Shown here piece after piece: positions 1 to 14,200 of a stretch of 64,000 nucleotides of DNA. A program made the translations under genes and the position numbers. The notes below the pieces were generated by a model. The model worked only from the letters and a program-made list of their open reading frames with translations, ran no database searches and was not told where the DNA came from. Source of the stretch: the human T2T-CHM13v2.0 reference genome, Homo sapiens; NCBI RefSeq assembly GCF_009914755.1, contig NC_060948.1; one strand, 5' to 3'. The stretch's first letter is position 1. Each line of letters starts with the position of its first letter.

Positions 1-2295
1 ACGGAATGGAATGGACAGCCACGGAATGGAATGCACTCGAATGCAATGGAGTCGAAACTAATGGACTGGAATAGAATGGACTCGACTGGTACGGACTCCA
101 ATGGAATGGAATCGAATGGAAGGAAATCGAACGGAATGGACTCGAAGGGAAAAGACTGCAATGGAAAGGTCTCGAATGGAATGGAAATTAATGGGATGGA
201 ATGGAATCGAATGAAATGGAGTCAAAAGGAATGGAATCGAATGGCAAGAAATCGAATGTAATGGAATCGCAAGGAATTGATGTGAACGGAACGGAATGGA
301 ATGGAATCCAAAGGAATGGAATAGAATGGAATGGAATCGAATGGAAAGGACTCGAATGGAAATCACTCGAATAGAATGCAATTTAATAAAATAGGATCAA
401 ATGTAATAGAATGGAATGGAAAGGAATCGAAACGGAAGGAATGGAGACAGATGGAATGGAATGGAACAGAGAGCAATGGTATAGAATGGAATGGAATCAT
501 CTGGAATGGAATTGAATGGAATGGAATAATATGAAATGGAATGGAATGGAATGGAATGGAATGCCCTTGAATTAAATGGACTGGACTCGAACAGAGTGGA
601 ATGGAAAGTGTTGAGATAGAATGGAATGGACTCCTTTGGAATGGTGTAGTATGCAATGCAATCGACTGGCAGGGAATCAAAAGGAATGTAATGGAATGGA
701 TTGGACTGGAATGCAATGGACTCGAATAGATTGGAAACGGAATGCAAAGGAATGGAATGGAATAGTATGGAATGCAATGGAAGGGAATGGAGTGGAATAG
801 ACTAGAGTGGAATGGAATGGACAGGAAAGCAATGGACTGGAATGGAACTTTCTTGGATGGCTTGGAATCAAACGGAATGGAATGCAATGCAATCAAATGG
901 CATGGAATAAAATAGAATGAAAGAGAATCAAATGGAATTGAATCGAATGGAATCGAATGGATTGGAAAGGAATAGAATGGAATGGAATGGAATTGACTCA
1001 AATGGAATGGACTAGAATGGAATGGATTCGAATGGAAGGCAAAGGAATGGAATCTATTGGAATGGACTGTAATGGAATGCAATGGAAGGGATTGGAATGG
1101 ACTCGAATGGAATGGACTGCAATAGAAAGGATTCGAATGGAATGAAAAAGAATTGAATGGAATAGAACAGAATGGAATCAAATCGAATGAAATGGAATGG
1201 AATAGAAAGGAATGGAATGAAATGGAATGGAAAGGATTCGAATGGAATGCAATCGAATGGAATGGAATCGAACGGAATGGAATAAAATGGAAGAAAACTG
1301 GCAAGAAATGGAATCGAAATGAATGGAGTGTTATGGAACGGACGCAAAAGGAATTGAATGTAATAGAATGGAGTGGAGTGGACTCGAATATAATGGACTG
1401 GAATGGAATGAAATCACATGGAATGGGAACGAATGGAATGGAATGGAAAGGAATGGAATCGAATGGAAAGGAATCGAATGGAAGGGAATGAAATTGAATC
1501 AAAACGAATGGAAGGGAATAGAATAGACTGTAATGGAATGGACTCGAATAGAATGGACACGAATGCTCAAATTAAATGGACTCGAATGGAATGGAAACGA
1601 AAGGAATGTCATCGAATGGAATTGAATCGATTGGAATGAAATCGCATAGCATGGAGTGGAATCAAATGGAATTGAATCGAAAGGAAAGAAGCGAATGGAC
1701 TGAAATGAAATGGAATGGAATTGAATGGAAAGTAATGCAATGGAATAGAATGGAACGAAATTTCACGGAATGGAATCAAACTGAATGGAATCAAATCAAT
1801 GGAATCAAATCAAATGGAATGGAAAGGAATTGAATGGAGTAGATGGGATTGGATGGGATTGGAATGAAATGTACTGGAAAGGACTCGAATTTCATGAAAC
1901 GGAATGGAATGAATTGGAACGGAATGGACTCGAATGGAATGGAATGTCATGGGATGGCATCAAATGGAATGGCATCAAATGGAATGGAATCGAATGCAAT
2001 GGAATGCTATGGAATGGAATGGAATGCATTGGAATGGAATGTCCTCTAATGGAATGGATTCGAGTGGAATGGAATTGAATATAATGGAGTCGAATGAAAT
2101 GGAATTGAAAGGAATGGGATCGAATACAATGGAATATACTGGAATGTAACGTAATGAACTCGAATGTAATTGACTGGAATGGAATGTACATGAATGGAAT
2201 GTAATCGAATGGAAAGTAATCCAATGGAATAGAATCTAATGCAATAAAATCGACTCAGATAGAGTAGAATGTAATGGAATGGAGTGCAGTGCAAT

Positions 2296-2345
2296 GGAAT
2301 GGAATGGAATGGAATGCAATGGAATGGAATGGAATGGAATGGAAT
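2296..2345 (+). repeat. Length-variable near-pure (GGAAT)n microsatellite inside each unit (unit 1 copy shown)
   Basis: Tract between GCAGTGCAAT and GGGAT/GGATAGT. Pentamer count after the internal GCAAT ranges from 4 to 11 across the 18 units. Confidence 0.9.
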
Positions 2346-2574
2346 GGGATGGAATGGTATGGAATGGATAGTAATGGACTGGAGTGAAATGGACTGGAAA
2401 GGAATGGACTCAAATTGAAAGGGCTCGAAAGGAATGGAGACAAATGGAATGGTCTGGAATGGAATGAACACGAATGTAATGCAATCCAATAGAATGGAGT
2501 CGAATGGCATGGAATATAAAGAAATGGAATCGAAGAGAATGGAAACAAATGGAATGGAATTGAATGGAATGGAA

Positions 2575-2728
2575 TTGAATGGAATGGGAACGAATGGAGT
2601 GAAATTGTATGCAGTAGAAGAGAATAGAATGGAATGCAAGCGAAAGGAAAGGAATGGATTGGAATGGAATGGAATTCATTGGAATGGAAGGGAATGTAGT
2701 GTAATGGACAGGCCTGGAATAAAGTGGA
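2575..2728 (+). other. DYZ1 diagnostic segment with the per-unit EcoRI (2672-2677) and HaeIII/StuI (2710-2715) sites; target of the classic Y-repeat sexing PCR (unit 1 copy shown)
   Basis: Seen: TTGAATGGAATGGGAACGAATGG at 2575-2597 and GGACAGGCCTGGAATAAAGTGGA at 2706-2728, a 154 bp span. These match the Y1.2 and Y1.1 DYZ1 primers as I recall them from memory, which should be verified. Confidence 0.8.
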
Positions 2729-3085
2729 ATGATACGGTCTCGAATGGAATAAAAATGTATGGAATGGAATTCAATGAAACGGAATCGAATGTCATAGAAT
2801 GTAATGGAATGCAAAAAAATGGAATCCAAAATCATTGACTGGAAAGGCTGGGTGTCGAAAGGAATTGACTCCAATGGAATGGAATCGAATGGAATGGAAG
2901 TGAATAGAATCGAACTAAATCGAATGGAATGGAATTGATAGGAACGGAATGGAAAGGAATGCAATGATTTGGCATGGAATGGAATCGAATGGCATCGAAT
3001 GGAATGGAATGGAATGCAATGGAATGGAATGTATTAGACTGTAATGAACTTTAATGGAATGTACTCGAATGGATTCGACTGGAAT

Positions 3086-3100
3086 GGAATGTTCTGGAAG
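3086..3100. promoter_or_regulatory. Perfect heat-shock element motif gGAAt gTTCt gGAAg (HSE-B; intact in 18/18 units)
   Basis: Sequence matches nGAAnnTTCnnGAAn exactly. Binding is inferred, not shown. Confidence 0.55.
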
Positions 3101-3365
3101 TAAATGGACTCCAATGGAATGGATTCAAAAGGAATGGAATAGTACGGAATGGAATCTAATGGAATGGAATTAAATGGAAATGAATCAAATTGAATAGCAC
3201 GGAATTGAATTGAATGGAATGGAATGCAATGGAATCTAATGAAACGGAAAGGAAAGGAATGGAATGGAATGGAATGGGCTGGAATGGAAAGGAATCGAAA
3301 CGAATGGAATGGAATCGAACTGAAGAGACTGGAATGGAATGCACTAGAATGGAAGGGAGTGTAAT

Positions 3366-3380
3366 GGAAGGTTCTCGAAA
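3366..3380. promoter_or_regulatory. Perfect heat-shock element motif gGAAg gTTCt cGAAa (HSE-C; intact in 15/18 units)
   Basis: Matches nGAAnnTTCnnGAAn. Broken in unit 14 (GTTGT) and in units 16 and 18 (CAAGA). Confidence 0.5.
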
Positions 3381-3538
3381 AAAATGGAATCGAAAGGAAT
3401 GCAATTGAATGGAACGGAATAGAGTCGAATGCAATTGAATGGAATGGAATGGACTAGAGTGAAATGGAATCGAACCACAAGGAATGGACAGGAATAGAAT
3501 GGTCTCGAATTGAATGGAATCGTATGGAATGGCATCAA

Positions 3539-6500
3539 ACGGAATGGAATGGACAGCCACGGAATGGAATGCACTCGAATGCAATGGAGTCGAAACTAAT
3601 GGACTGGAATAGAATGGACTCGACTGGTACGGACTCCAATGGAATGGAATCGAATGGAAGGGAATCGAACGGAATGGACTCGAAGGGAAAAGACTGCAAT
3701 GGAAAGGTCTCGAATGGAATGGAAATTAATGGAATGGAATGGAATCGAATGAAATGGAGGCAAAAGGAATGGAATCGAATGGCAAGATATCGAATGTAAT
3801 GGAATCGCCAGGAATTGATGTGAACGGAACGGAATGGAATGGAATCCAAAGGAATGGAATAGAATGGAATGTAATCGAATGCAAAGGACTCGAATGCAAA
3901 TCACTCGAATAGAATGCAATTTAATAAAATAGGATCAAATGTAATGGAATGGAATGGAAAGGAATCGAAACGAAAGGAATGGAGACAGATGGAATGGAAT
4001 GGAACAGAGAGCAATGGTATAGAATGGAATGGAATCATCTAGAATGTAATTGAATGGAATGGAATAATATGAAATGGAATGGAATGGAATGGAATGCCCT
4101 TGAATTAAATGGACTGGAATGGAATGGACTCGAACAGAGTGGAATGGAAAGTGTTGAGATAGAATGGAATGGACTCCTTTGGAATGGTGTAGTATGCAAT
4201 GCTATCGACTGGCAGGGAATCAAAAGGAATGTAATCGAATGGATTGGACTGGAATGCAATGGACTCGAATAGATTGGAAACGGAATGCAAAGGAATGGAA
4301 TGGAATAGTATGGAATGGAATGGAAAGGAATGGAGTGGAATAGACGAGAGTGGAATAGAATGGACTCGAAAGCAATGGACTGGAATGGAACTTTCTTGAA
4401 TGGACTGGAACCAAACGGAATGGAATGCAATGCAATCAAATGGCATGGAATAAGATAGAATGAAAGAGAATCAAATGGAATTGAATCGAATGGAATCGAA
4501 TGGATTGGAAAGGAATAGAATGGAATGGAATGGAATTGACTCAAATGGAATGGACTAGAATGGAATGGATTCGAATGGAAGGCAAAGGAATGGAATCTAT
4601 TGGAATGGACTGTAATGGAATGGAATGGAAGGGATTGGAATGGACTCGAATGGAATGGACTGCAATAGAAAGGATTCGAATGGAATGAAAAAGAATTGAA
4701 TGGAATAGAACAGAATGGAATCAAATCGAATGAAATGGAATGGAATAGAAAGGAATGGAATGAAATGGAATGGAAAGGATTCGAATGGAATGCAATCGAA
4801 TGGAATGGAATCGAACGGAATGGAATAAAATGGAAGAAAACTGGCAAGAAATAGAATCGAAATGAATGGAGTGTTATGGAAAGGACTCAAAAGGAATTGA
4901 ATGTAATAGAATGGAGTGGAGTGGACTCGAATATATTGGACTGGAATGGAATGAAATCACATGGAAAGGGAACGAATGGAATGGAATGGAAAGGAATGGA
5001 ATTGAATGGAAAGGAATCGAACGGAAGGGAATGAAATTGAATCAACAGGAATGGAAGGGAATAGAATAGACGGTAATGGAATGGACTCGAATAGAATGGA
5101 CACGAATGCTCAAATTGAATGGACTCGAATGAAATGGATACGAAAGGAATGTCATCGAATGGAATTGAATCGATTGGAATGAAATCGCATAGAATGGAGT
5201 GGAATCAAATGGAATTGAATCGAAAGGAAAGGAAGCGAATGGACTGAAATGAAATGGAATGGAATTGAATGGAAAGTAATGCAATGGAATAGAATGGAAC
5301 GAAATTTCACGGTATGGAATCAAACTGAATGGAATCAAATCAATGGAATCAAATCAAATGGAATGGAAAGGAATTGAATGGAGTAGATGGGATTGGATGG
5401 GATTGGAATGAAATGTACTGGAAAGGACTCGAATTTCATGAAACGGAATGGAATGAATTGGAACGGAATGGACACGAATGGAATGGAATGTCATGGAATG
5501 GCATCAAATGGAATGGCATCAAATGGAATGGAATCGAATGCAATGGAATGCTATGGAATGGAATGGAATGCATTGGAATGGAATGTCCTCTAATGGAATG
5601 GATTCGAGTGGAATGGAGTCGAATATAATGGAGTCGAATTAAATGGAATTGAAAGGAATGGGACCGAATACAATGGAATATACTGGAATGTAATGTAATG
5701 AACTCGAATGTAATTGACTGGAATGGAATGTACATGAATGGAATGTAATCGAATGGAAAGTAATCCAATGGAATAGAATCTAATGCAATAAAATCGACTC
5801 AAATAGAGAAGAATGTAATGGAATGGAGTGCAGTGCAATGGAATGGAATGGAATGGAATGCAATTGAATGGAATGGAATGGAATGGGATGGAATGGGATG
5901 GAATGGATAGTAATGGACTGGAGTGAAATGGACTGGAAAGGAATGGACTCAATTGGAAAGGGCTCGAAAGGAATGGAGACAAATGGAATGGTCTGGAATG
6001 GAATGAACACGAATTTAATGCAATCCAATAGAATGGAGTCGAATGGCATGGAATATAAAGAAATGGAATCGAAGAGAATGGAAACAAATGGAATGGAATT
6101 GAATGGAATGGAATTGAATGGAATGGGAACGAATGGAGTGAAATTGTATGCAGTAGAAGAGAATAGAATGGAATGCAAGCGAAAGGAAAGGAATGGATTG
6201 GAATGGAATGGAATTCATTGGAATGGAAGGGAATGTAGTGTAATGGACAGGCCTGGAATAAAGTGGAATGCTACGGTCTCGAATGGAATAAAAATGTATG
6301 GAATGGAATGCAATGAAACGGAATCGAATGTCATAGAATGTAATGGAATGCAAAAAAATGGAATCCAAAATCATTGACTGGAAAGGCTGGGTGTCGAAAG
6401 GAATTGACTCCAATGGAATGGAATCGAATGGAATGGAAGTGAATAGAATCGAACTAAATCGAATGGAATGGAATTGATAGGAACGGAATGGAAAGGAATG

Positions 6501-7077
6501 CAATGATTTGGCATGGAATGGAATCGAATGGCATCGAATGGAATGGAATGGAATGCAATGGAATGGAATGTATTAGAATGTAATGAACTTGAATGGAATG
6601 TACTCGAATGGATTCGACTGGAATGGAATGTTCTGGAAGTGAATGGACTCCAATGGAATGGATTCAAAAGGAATGGAATCGTACGGAATGGAATCTAATG
6701 GAATGGAATTAAATGGAAATGAATCAAATTGAATAGCACGGAATTGAATTGAATGGAATCGAATGCAATGGAATCTAATGAAACGGAAAGGAAAGGAATG
6801 CAATGGAATGGAATGGGATGGAATGGAAAGGAATCGAAACGAATGGAATGGAATCGAACTGAAGAGACTGGAATGGAATGCACTGGAATGGAAGGGAGTG
6901 TAATGGAAGGTTCTCGAAAAAAATGGAATCGAATGGAATGGAATTGAATGGAACGGAATAGAGTCGAATGGAATTGAATGGAATGGAATGGACTAGAGTG
7001 AAATGGAATCGAACCACAAGGAATGGACAGGAATAGAATGGTCTCGAATTGAATGGAATCGTATGGAATGGCATCAA
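3539..7077 (+). repeat. DYZ1 unit 2 (3539 bp)
   Basis: Anchor recurs at 3539. Short GGAAT tracts at both variable loci and many private substitutions. Confidence 0.9.
4387..4401. promoter_or_regulatory. Perfect heat-shock element motif gGAAc tTTCt tGAAt (HSE-A; unit 2 copy; intact in 17/18 units)
   Basis: Matches nGAAnnTTCnnGAAn. The unit 1 copy at 844-858 has TGGAT as third pentamer. Confidence 0.5.
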
Positions 7078-10000
7078 ACGGAATGGAATGGACAGCCACG
7101 GAATGGAATGCACTCGAATGCAATGGAGTCGAAACTAATGGACTGGAATAGAATGGACTCGACTGGTACGGACTCCAATGGAATGGAATCGAATGGAAGG
7201 GAATCGAACGGAATGGACTCGAAGGGAAAAGACTGCAATGGAAAGGTCTCGAATGGAATGGAAATTAATGGAATGGAATGGAATCGAATGAAATGGAGTC
7301 AAAAGGAATGGAATCGAATGGCAAGAAATCGAATGTAATGGAATCGCAAGGAATTGATGTGAACGGAACGGAATGGAATGGAATCCAAAGGAATGGAATA
7401 GAATGGAATGGAATCGAATGGAAAGGACTCGAATGGAAATCACTCGAATAGAATGCAATTTAATAAAATAGGATCAAATGTAATGGAATGGAATGGAAAG
7501 GAATCGAAACGAAAGGAATGGAGACAGATGGAATGGAATGGGACAGAGAGCAATGGTATAGAATGGAATGGAATCATCTGGAATGGAATTGAATGGAATG
7601 GAATAATATGAAATGGAATGGAATGGAATGGAATGGAATGGAATGCCCTTGAATTAAATGGACTGGACTCGAACAGAGTGGAATGGAAAGTGTTGAGATA
7701 GAATGGAATGGACTCGTTTGGAATGGTCTAGTATGCAATGCAATCGACTGGCAGGGAATCAAAAGGAATGTAATGGAATGGATTGGACTGGAATGCAATG
7801 GACTCGAATAGATTGGAAACGGAAAGCAAAGGAATGGAATGGAATAGTATGGAATGGAATGGAAAGGAATGGAGTGGAATAGACTAGAGTGGAATGGAAT
7901 GGACTGGAAAGCAATGGACTGGAATGGAACTTTCTTGAATGGACTGGAATCAAACGGAATGGAATGCAATGCAATCAAATGGCATGGAATAAAATAGAAT
8001 GAAAGAGAATCAAATGGAATTGAATCGAATGGAATCGAATGGATTGGAAAGGAATAGAATGGAATGGAATGGAATTGACTCAAATGGAATGGACTAGAAT
8101 GGAATGGATTCGAATGGAAGGCAAAGGAATGGAATCTATTGGAATGGACTGTAATGGAATGGAATGGAAGGGATTGGAATGGACTCGAATGGAATGGACT
8201 GCAATAGAAAGGATTCGAATGGAATGAAAAAGAATTGAATGGAATAGAACAGAATGGAATCAAATCGAATGAAATGGAATGGAATAGAAAGGAATGGAAT
8301 GAAATGGAATGGAAAGGATTCGAATGGAATGCAATCGAATGGAATGGAATCGAACGGAATGGAATAAAATGGAAGAAAACTGGCAAGAAATGGAATCGAA
8401 ATGAATGGAGTGTTATGGAACGGACTCAAAAGGAATTGAATGTAATAGAATGGAGTGGAGTGGACTCGAATATAATGGACTGGAATGGAATGAAATCACA
8501 TGGAATGGGAACGAATGGAATGGAATGGAAAGGAATGGAATCGAATGGAAAGGAATCGAATGGAAGGGAATGAAATTGAATCAACAGGAATGGAAGGGAA
8601 TAGAATAGACGGTAATGGAATGGACTCGAATAGAATGGACACGAATGCTCAAATTGAATGGACTCGTATGGAATGGAAACGAAAGGAATGTCATCGAATG
8701 GAATTGAATCGATTGGAATGAAATCGCATAGAATGGAGTGGAATCAAATGGAATTGAATCGAAAGGAAAGGAAGCGAATGGACTGAAATGAAATGGAATG
8801 GAATTGAATGGAAAGTAATGCAATGGAATAGAATGGAACGAAATTTCACGGAATGGAATCAAACTGAATGGAATCAAATCAATGGAATCAAATCAAATGG
8901 AATGGAAAGGAATTGAATGGAGTAGATTGGATTGGATGGGATTGGAATGAAATGTACTGGAAAGGACTCGAATTTCATGAAACGGAATGGAATGAATTGG
9001 AACGGAATGGACTCGAATGGAATGGAATGTCATGGAATGGCATCAAATGGAATGGCATCAAATGGAATGGAATCGAATGCAATGGAATGCTATGGAATGG
9101 AATGGAATGCATTGGAATGGAATGTCCTCTAATGGAATGGATTCGAGTGGAATGGAATCGAATATAATGGAGTCGAATGAAATGGAATTGAAAGGAATGG
9201 GATCGAATACAATGGAATATACTGGAATGTAATGTAATGAACTCGAATGTAATTGACTGGAATGGAATGTACATGAATGGAATGTAATCGAATGGAAAGT
9301 AATCCAATGGAATAGAATCTAATGCAATAAAATCGACTCAGATAGAGTAGAATGTAATGGAATGGAGTGCAGTGCAATGGAATGGAATGGAATGGAATGG
9401 AATGGAATGCAATGGAATGGAATGGAATGGAATGGAATGGAATGGGATGGAATGGTATGGAATGGATAGTAATGGACTGGAATGAAATGGACTGGAAAAG
9501 AATGGAATCAAATTGAAAGGGCTCGAAAGGAAAGGAGTCAAATGGAATGGTCTGGAATGGAATGAACACGAATGTAATGCAATCCAATAGAATGGAATCG
9601 AATGGCATGGAATATAAAGAAATGGAATCGAAGAGAATGGAAACAAATGGAATGGAATTGAATGGAATGGAATTGAATGGAATGGGAACGAATGGAGTGA
9701 AATTGTATGCAGTAGAAGAGAATAGAATGGAATGCAAGCGAAAGGAAAGGAATGGATTGCAATGGAATGGAATTCATTGGAATGGAAGGGAATGTAGTGT
9801 AATGGACAGGCCTGCAATAAAGTGGAATGCTACGGTCTCGAATGGAATAAAAATGTATGGAATGGAATGCAATGAAACGGAATCGAATGTCATAGAATGT
9901 AATGGAATGCAAAAAAATGGAATCCAAAATCATTGACTGGAAAGGCTGGGTGTCGAAAGGAATTGACTCCAATGGAATGGAATCGAATGGAATGGAAGTG

Positions 10001-10636
10001 AATAGAATCGAACTAAATCGAATGGAATGGAATTGATAGGAACGGAATGGAAAGGAATGCAATGATTTGGCATGGAATGGAATCGAATGGCATCGAATGG
10101 AATGGAATGGAATGCAATGGAATGGAATGTATTAGAATGTAATGAACATTAATGGAATGTACTCGAATGGATTTGACTGGAATGGAATGTTCCGGAATGG
10201 AATGGACTCCAATGGAATGGATTTGAAAGGAATGGAATCGAACGGAATGGAATCTAATGGAATGGAATTAAATGGAAATGAATCAAATTGAATAGCACGG
10301 AATTGAATTGAATGGAATCGAATGCAATGGAATCTAATGAAACGGAAAGGAAAGGAATGGAATGGAATGGAATGGGCTGGAATGGAAAGGAATCGAAACG
10401 AATGGAATGGAATCGAACTGAAGAGACTGGAATGGAATGCACTGGAATGGAAGGGAGTGTAATGGAAGGTTCTCGAAAATAATGGAAGCAAATGGAATGG
10501 AATTGAATGGAACGGAATAGAGTCGAATGGAATTGAATGGAATGGAATGGACTAGAGTGAAATGGAATCGAACCACAAGGAATGGACAGGAATAGAATGG
10601 TCTCGAATTGAATGGAATCGTATGGAATGGCATCAA
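7078..10636 (+). repeat. DYZ1 unit 3 (3559 bp)
   Basis: Anchor recurs at 7078. First half resembles unit 5, second half resembles unit 4. Confidence 0.9.
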
Positions 10637-13600
10637 ACGGAATGGAATGGACAGCCACGGAATGGAATGCACTCGAATGCAATGGAGTCGAAACTAATGG
10701 ACTGGAATAGAATGGACTCGACTGGTACGGACTCCAATGGAAGGGAATCGAATGGAAGGGAATCGAACGGAATGGACTTGAAGGGAAAAGACTGCAATGG
10801 AAAGGTCTCGAATGGAATGGAAATTAATGGAATGGAATGGAATCGAATGAAATGGAGTCAAAAGGAATGGAATCGAATTTCAAGAAATCGAATGTAATGG
10901 AATCGCAAGGAATTGATGTGAACGGAACGGAATGGAATGGAATCCAAAGGAATGGAATAGAATGGAATGGAATCGAATGGAAAGGACTCGAATGGAAATC
11001 ACTCGAATAGAATGCAATTTAATAAAATAGGATCAAATGTAATGGAATGGAATGGAAAGGAATCGAAACGAAAGGAATGGAGACAGATGGAATGGAATGG
11101 AACAGAGAGCAATGGTATAGAATGGAATGGAATCATCTGGAATGGAATTGAATGGAATGGAATAATATGAAATGGAATGGAATGGAATGGAATGGAATGC
11201 CCTTGAATTAAATGGACTGGAATGGAATGAACTCGAACAGAGTGGAATGGAAAGTGTTGAGATAGAATGGAATGGACCCTTTTGGAATGGTCTAGTATGC
11301 AATGCAATCGACTGGCAGGGAATCAAAAGGAATGTAATCGAATGGATTAGACTGGAATGCAATGGACTCGAATAGATTGGAAACGGAATGCAAAGGAATG
11401 GAATGGAATAGTATGGAATGGAATGGAAAGGAATGGAGTGGAATAGACTAGAGTGGAATGGAATGGACTGGAAAGCAATGGACTGGAATGGAACTTTCTT
11501 GAATGGACTGGAATCAAACGGAATGGAATGCAATGCAATCAAATGGCATGGAATAAAATAGAATGAAAGAGAATCAAATGGAATTGAATCGAATGGAATC
11601 GAATGGATTGGAAAGGAATAGAATGGAATGGAATGGAATTGACTCAAATGGAACGGACTAGAATGGAATGGATTCGAATGGAAGGCAAAGGAATGGAATC
11701 TATTGGAATGGACTGTAATGGAATGGAATGGAAGGGATTGGAATGGACTCGAATGGAATGGACTGCAATAGAAAGGATTCGAATGGAATGAAAAAGAATT
11801 GAATGGAATAGAACAGAATGGAATCAAATCGAATGAAATGGAATGGAATAGAAAGGAATGGAATGAAATGGAATGGAAAGGATTCGAATGGAATGCAATC
11901 GAATGGAATGGAATAGAACGGAATGGAATAAAATGGAAGAAAACTGGCAAGAAATGGAATCGAAATGAATGGAGTGTTATGGAACGGACTCAAAAGGAAT
12001 TGAATGTAATAGAATGGAGTGGAGTGGACTCGAATATAATGAACTGGAATGGAATGAAATCACATGGAATAGGAACGAATGGAATGGAATGGAAAGGAAT
12101 GGAATCGAATGGAAAGGAATCGAATGGAAGGGAATGAAATTGAATCAACAGGAATGGAAGGGAATAGAATAGACGGTAATGGAATGGACTCGAATAGAAT
12201 GGACACTAATGCTCAAATTGAATGGACTCGAATGGAATGGAAACGAAAGGAATGTCATCGAATGGAATTGAATCGATTGGAATGAAATCGCATAGAATGG
12301 AGTGGAATCAAATGGAATTGAATCGAAAGGAAAGGAAGCGAATGGACTGAAATGAAATGGAATGGAATTGAATGGAAAGTAATGCAATGGAATAGAATGG
12401 AACGAAATTTCACGGAATGGAATCAAACTGAATGGAATCAAATCAATGGAATCAAATCAAATGGAATGGAAAGGAATTGAATGGAGTAGATTGGATTGGA
12501 TGGGATTGGAATGAAATGTACTGGAAAGGACTCGAATTTCATGAAACGGAATGGAATGAATTGGAACGGAATGGACTCGAATGGAATGGAATGTCATGGA
12601 ATGGCATCAAATGGAATGGCATCAAATGGAATGGAATCGAATGCAATGGAATGCTATGGAATGGAATGGAATGCATTGGAATGGAATGTCCTCTAATGGA
12701 ATGGATTCGAGTGGAATGGAATCGAATATAATGGAGTCGAATGAAAAGGAATTGAAAGGAATGGGATCGAATACAACGGAATATACTGGAATGTAATGTA
12801 ATGAACTCGAATGTAATTGACTGGAATGGAATGTACATGAATGGAATGTAATCGAATGGAAAGTAATCCAATGGAATAGAATCTAATGCAATAAAATCGA
12901 CTCAGATAGAGTAGAATGTAATGGAATGGAGTGCAGTGCAATGGAATGGAATGGAATGGAATGCAATGGAATGGAATGGAATGGAATGGAATGGAATGGA
13001 ATGGAATGGGATGGAATGGTATGGAATGGATAGTAATGGACTGGAATGAAATGGACTGGAAAAGAATGGACTCAAATTGAAAGGGCTCGAAAGGAATGGA
13101 GTCAAATGGAATGGTCTGGAATGGAATGAACACGAATGTAATGCAATCCAATAGAATGGAATCGAATGGCATGGAATATAAAGAAATGGAATCGAAGAGA
13201 ATGGAAACAAATGGAATGGAATTGAATGGAATGGAATTGAATGGAATGGGAACGAATGGAGTGAAATTGTATGCAGTAGAAGAGAATAGAATGGAATGCA
13301 AGCGAAAGGAAAGGAATGGATTGCAATGGAATGGAATTCATTGAAATGGAAGGAAATGTAGTGTAATGGACAGGCCTGGAATAAAGTGGAATGCTACGGT
13401 CTCGAATGGAATAAAAATGTATGGAATGGAATACAATGAAACGGAATCGAATGTCATAGAATGTAATGGAATGCAAAAAAATGGAATCCAAAATCATTGA
13501 CTGGAAAGGCTGGGTGTCGAAAGGAATTGACTCCAATGGAATGGAATCGAATGGAATGGAAGTGAATAGAATCGAACTAAATCGAATGGAATGGAATTGA

Positions 13601-14200
13601 TAGGAACGGAATGGAAAGGAATGCAATGATTTGGCATGGAATGGAATCGAATGGCATCGAATGGAATGGAATGGAATGCAATGGAATGGAATGTATTAGA
13701 ATGTAATGAACATTAATGGAATGTACTCGAATGGATTCGACTGGAATGGAATGTTCTGGAAGTGAATGGACTCCAATGGAATGGATTCGAAAGGAATGGA
13801 ATCGAACGGAATGGAATCTAATGGAATGGAATTAAATGGAAATGAATCAAATTGAATAGCACGGAATTGAATTGAATGGAATCGAATGCAATGGAATCTA
13901 ATGAAACGGAAAGGAAAGGAATGGAATGGAATGGAATGGGCTGGAATGGAAAGGAATCGAAACGAATGGAATGGAATCGAACTGAAGAGACTGGAATGGA
14001 ATGCACTGGAATGGAAGGGATTGTAATGGAAGGTTCTCGAAAATAATGGAAGCAAATGTAATGGAATTGAATGGAACGGAATAGAGTCGAATGGAATTGA
14101 ATGGAATGGAATGGACTAGAGTGAAATGGAATCGAACCACAAGGAATGGACAGGAATAGAATGGTCTCGAATTGAATGGAATCGTATGGAATGGCATCAA
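10637..14200 (+). repeat. DYZ1 unit 4 (3564 bp)
   Basis: Anchor recurs at 10637. Confidence 0.9.

Larger units (their letters stand above)
1..3538 (+). repeat. DYZ1 unit 1 (3538 bp)
   Basis: Phase anchored on ACGGAATGGAATGGACAGCCACG at position 1. Carries the 10-bp deletion, a private 1-bp deletion near 1688, an extra EcoRI site at 2767-2772 and many private substitutions. Confidence 0.9.

Noticed and set aside
385-2753. Six AATAAA hexamers per unit on the + strand (385, 906, 1281, 2243, 2718, 2748) as poly(A) signals
   Set aside because: They arise trivially when AAT is followed by an AAA-starting variant pentamer. There is no clear downstream GU-rich element, and no transcript evidence is available from sequence alone.
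2846-2857. GGCTGGGTGTCG resembling the start of an Alu (GGCTGGGTG/GGCCGGGCG)
   Set aside because: Similarity ends after about 9 bp. The segment stays in pentamer register, has no poly(A) tail or target-site duplication, and is fixed in every unit.
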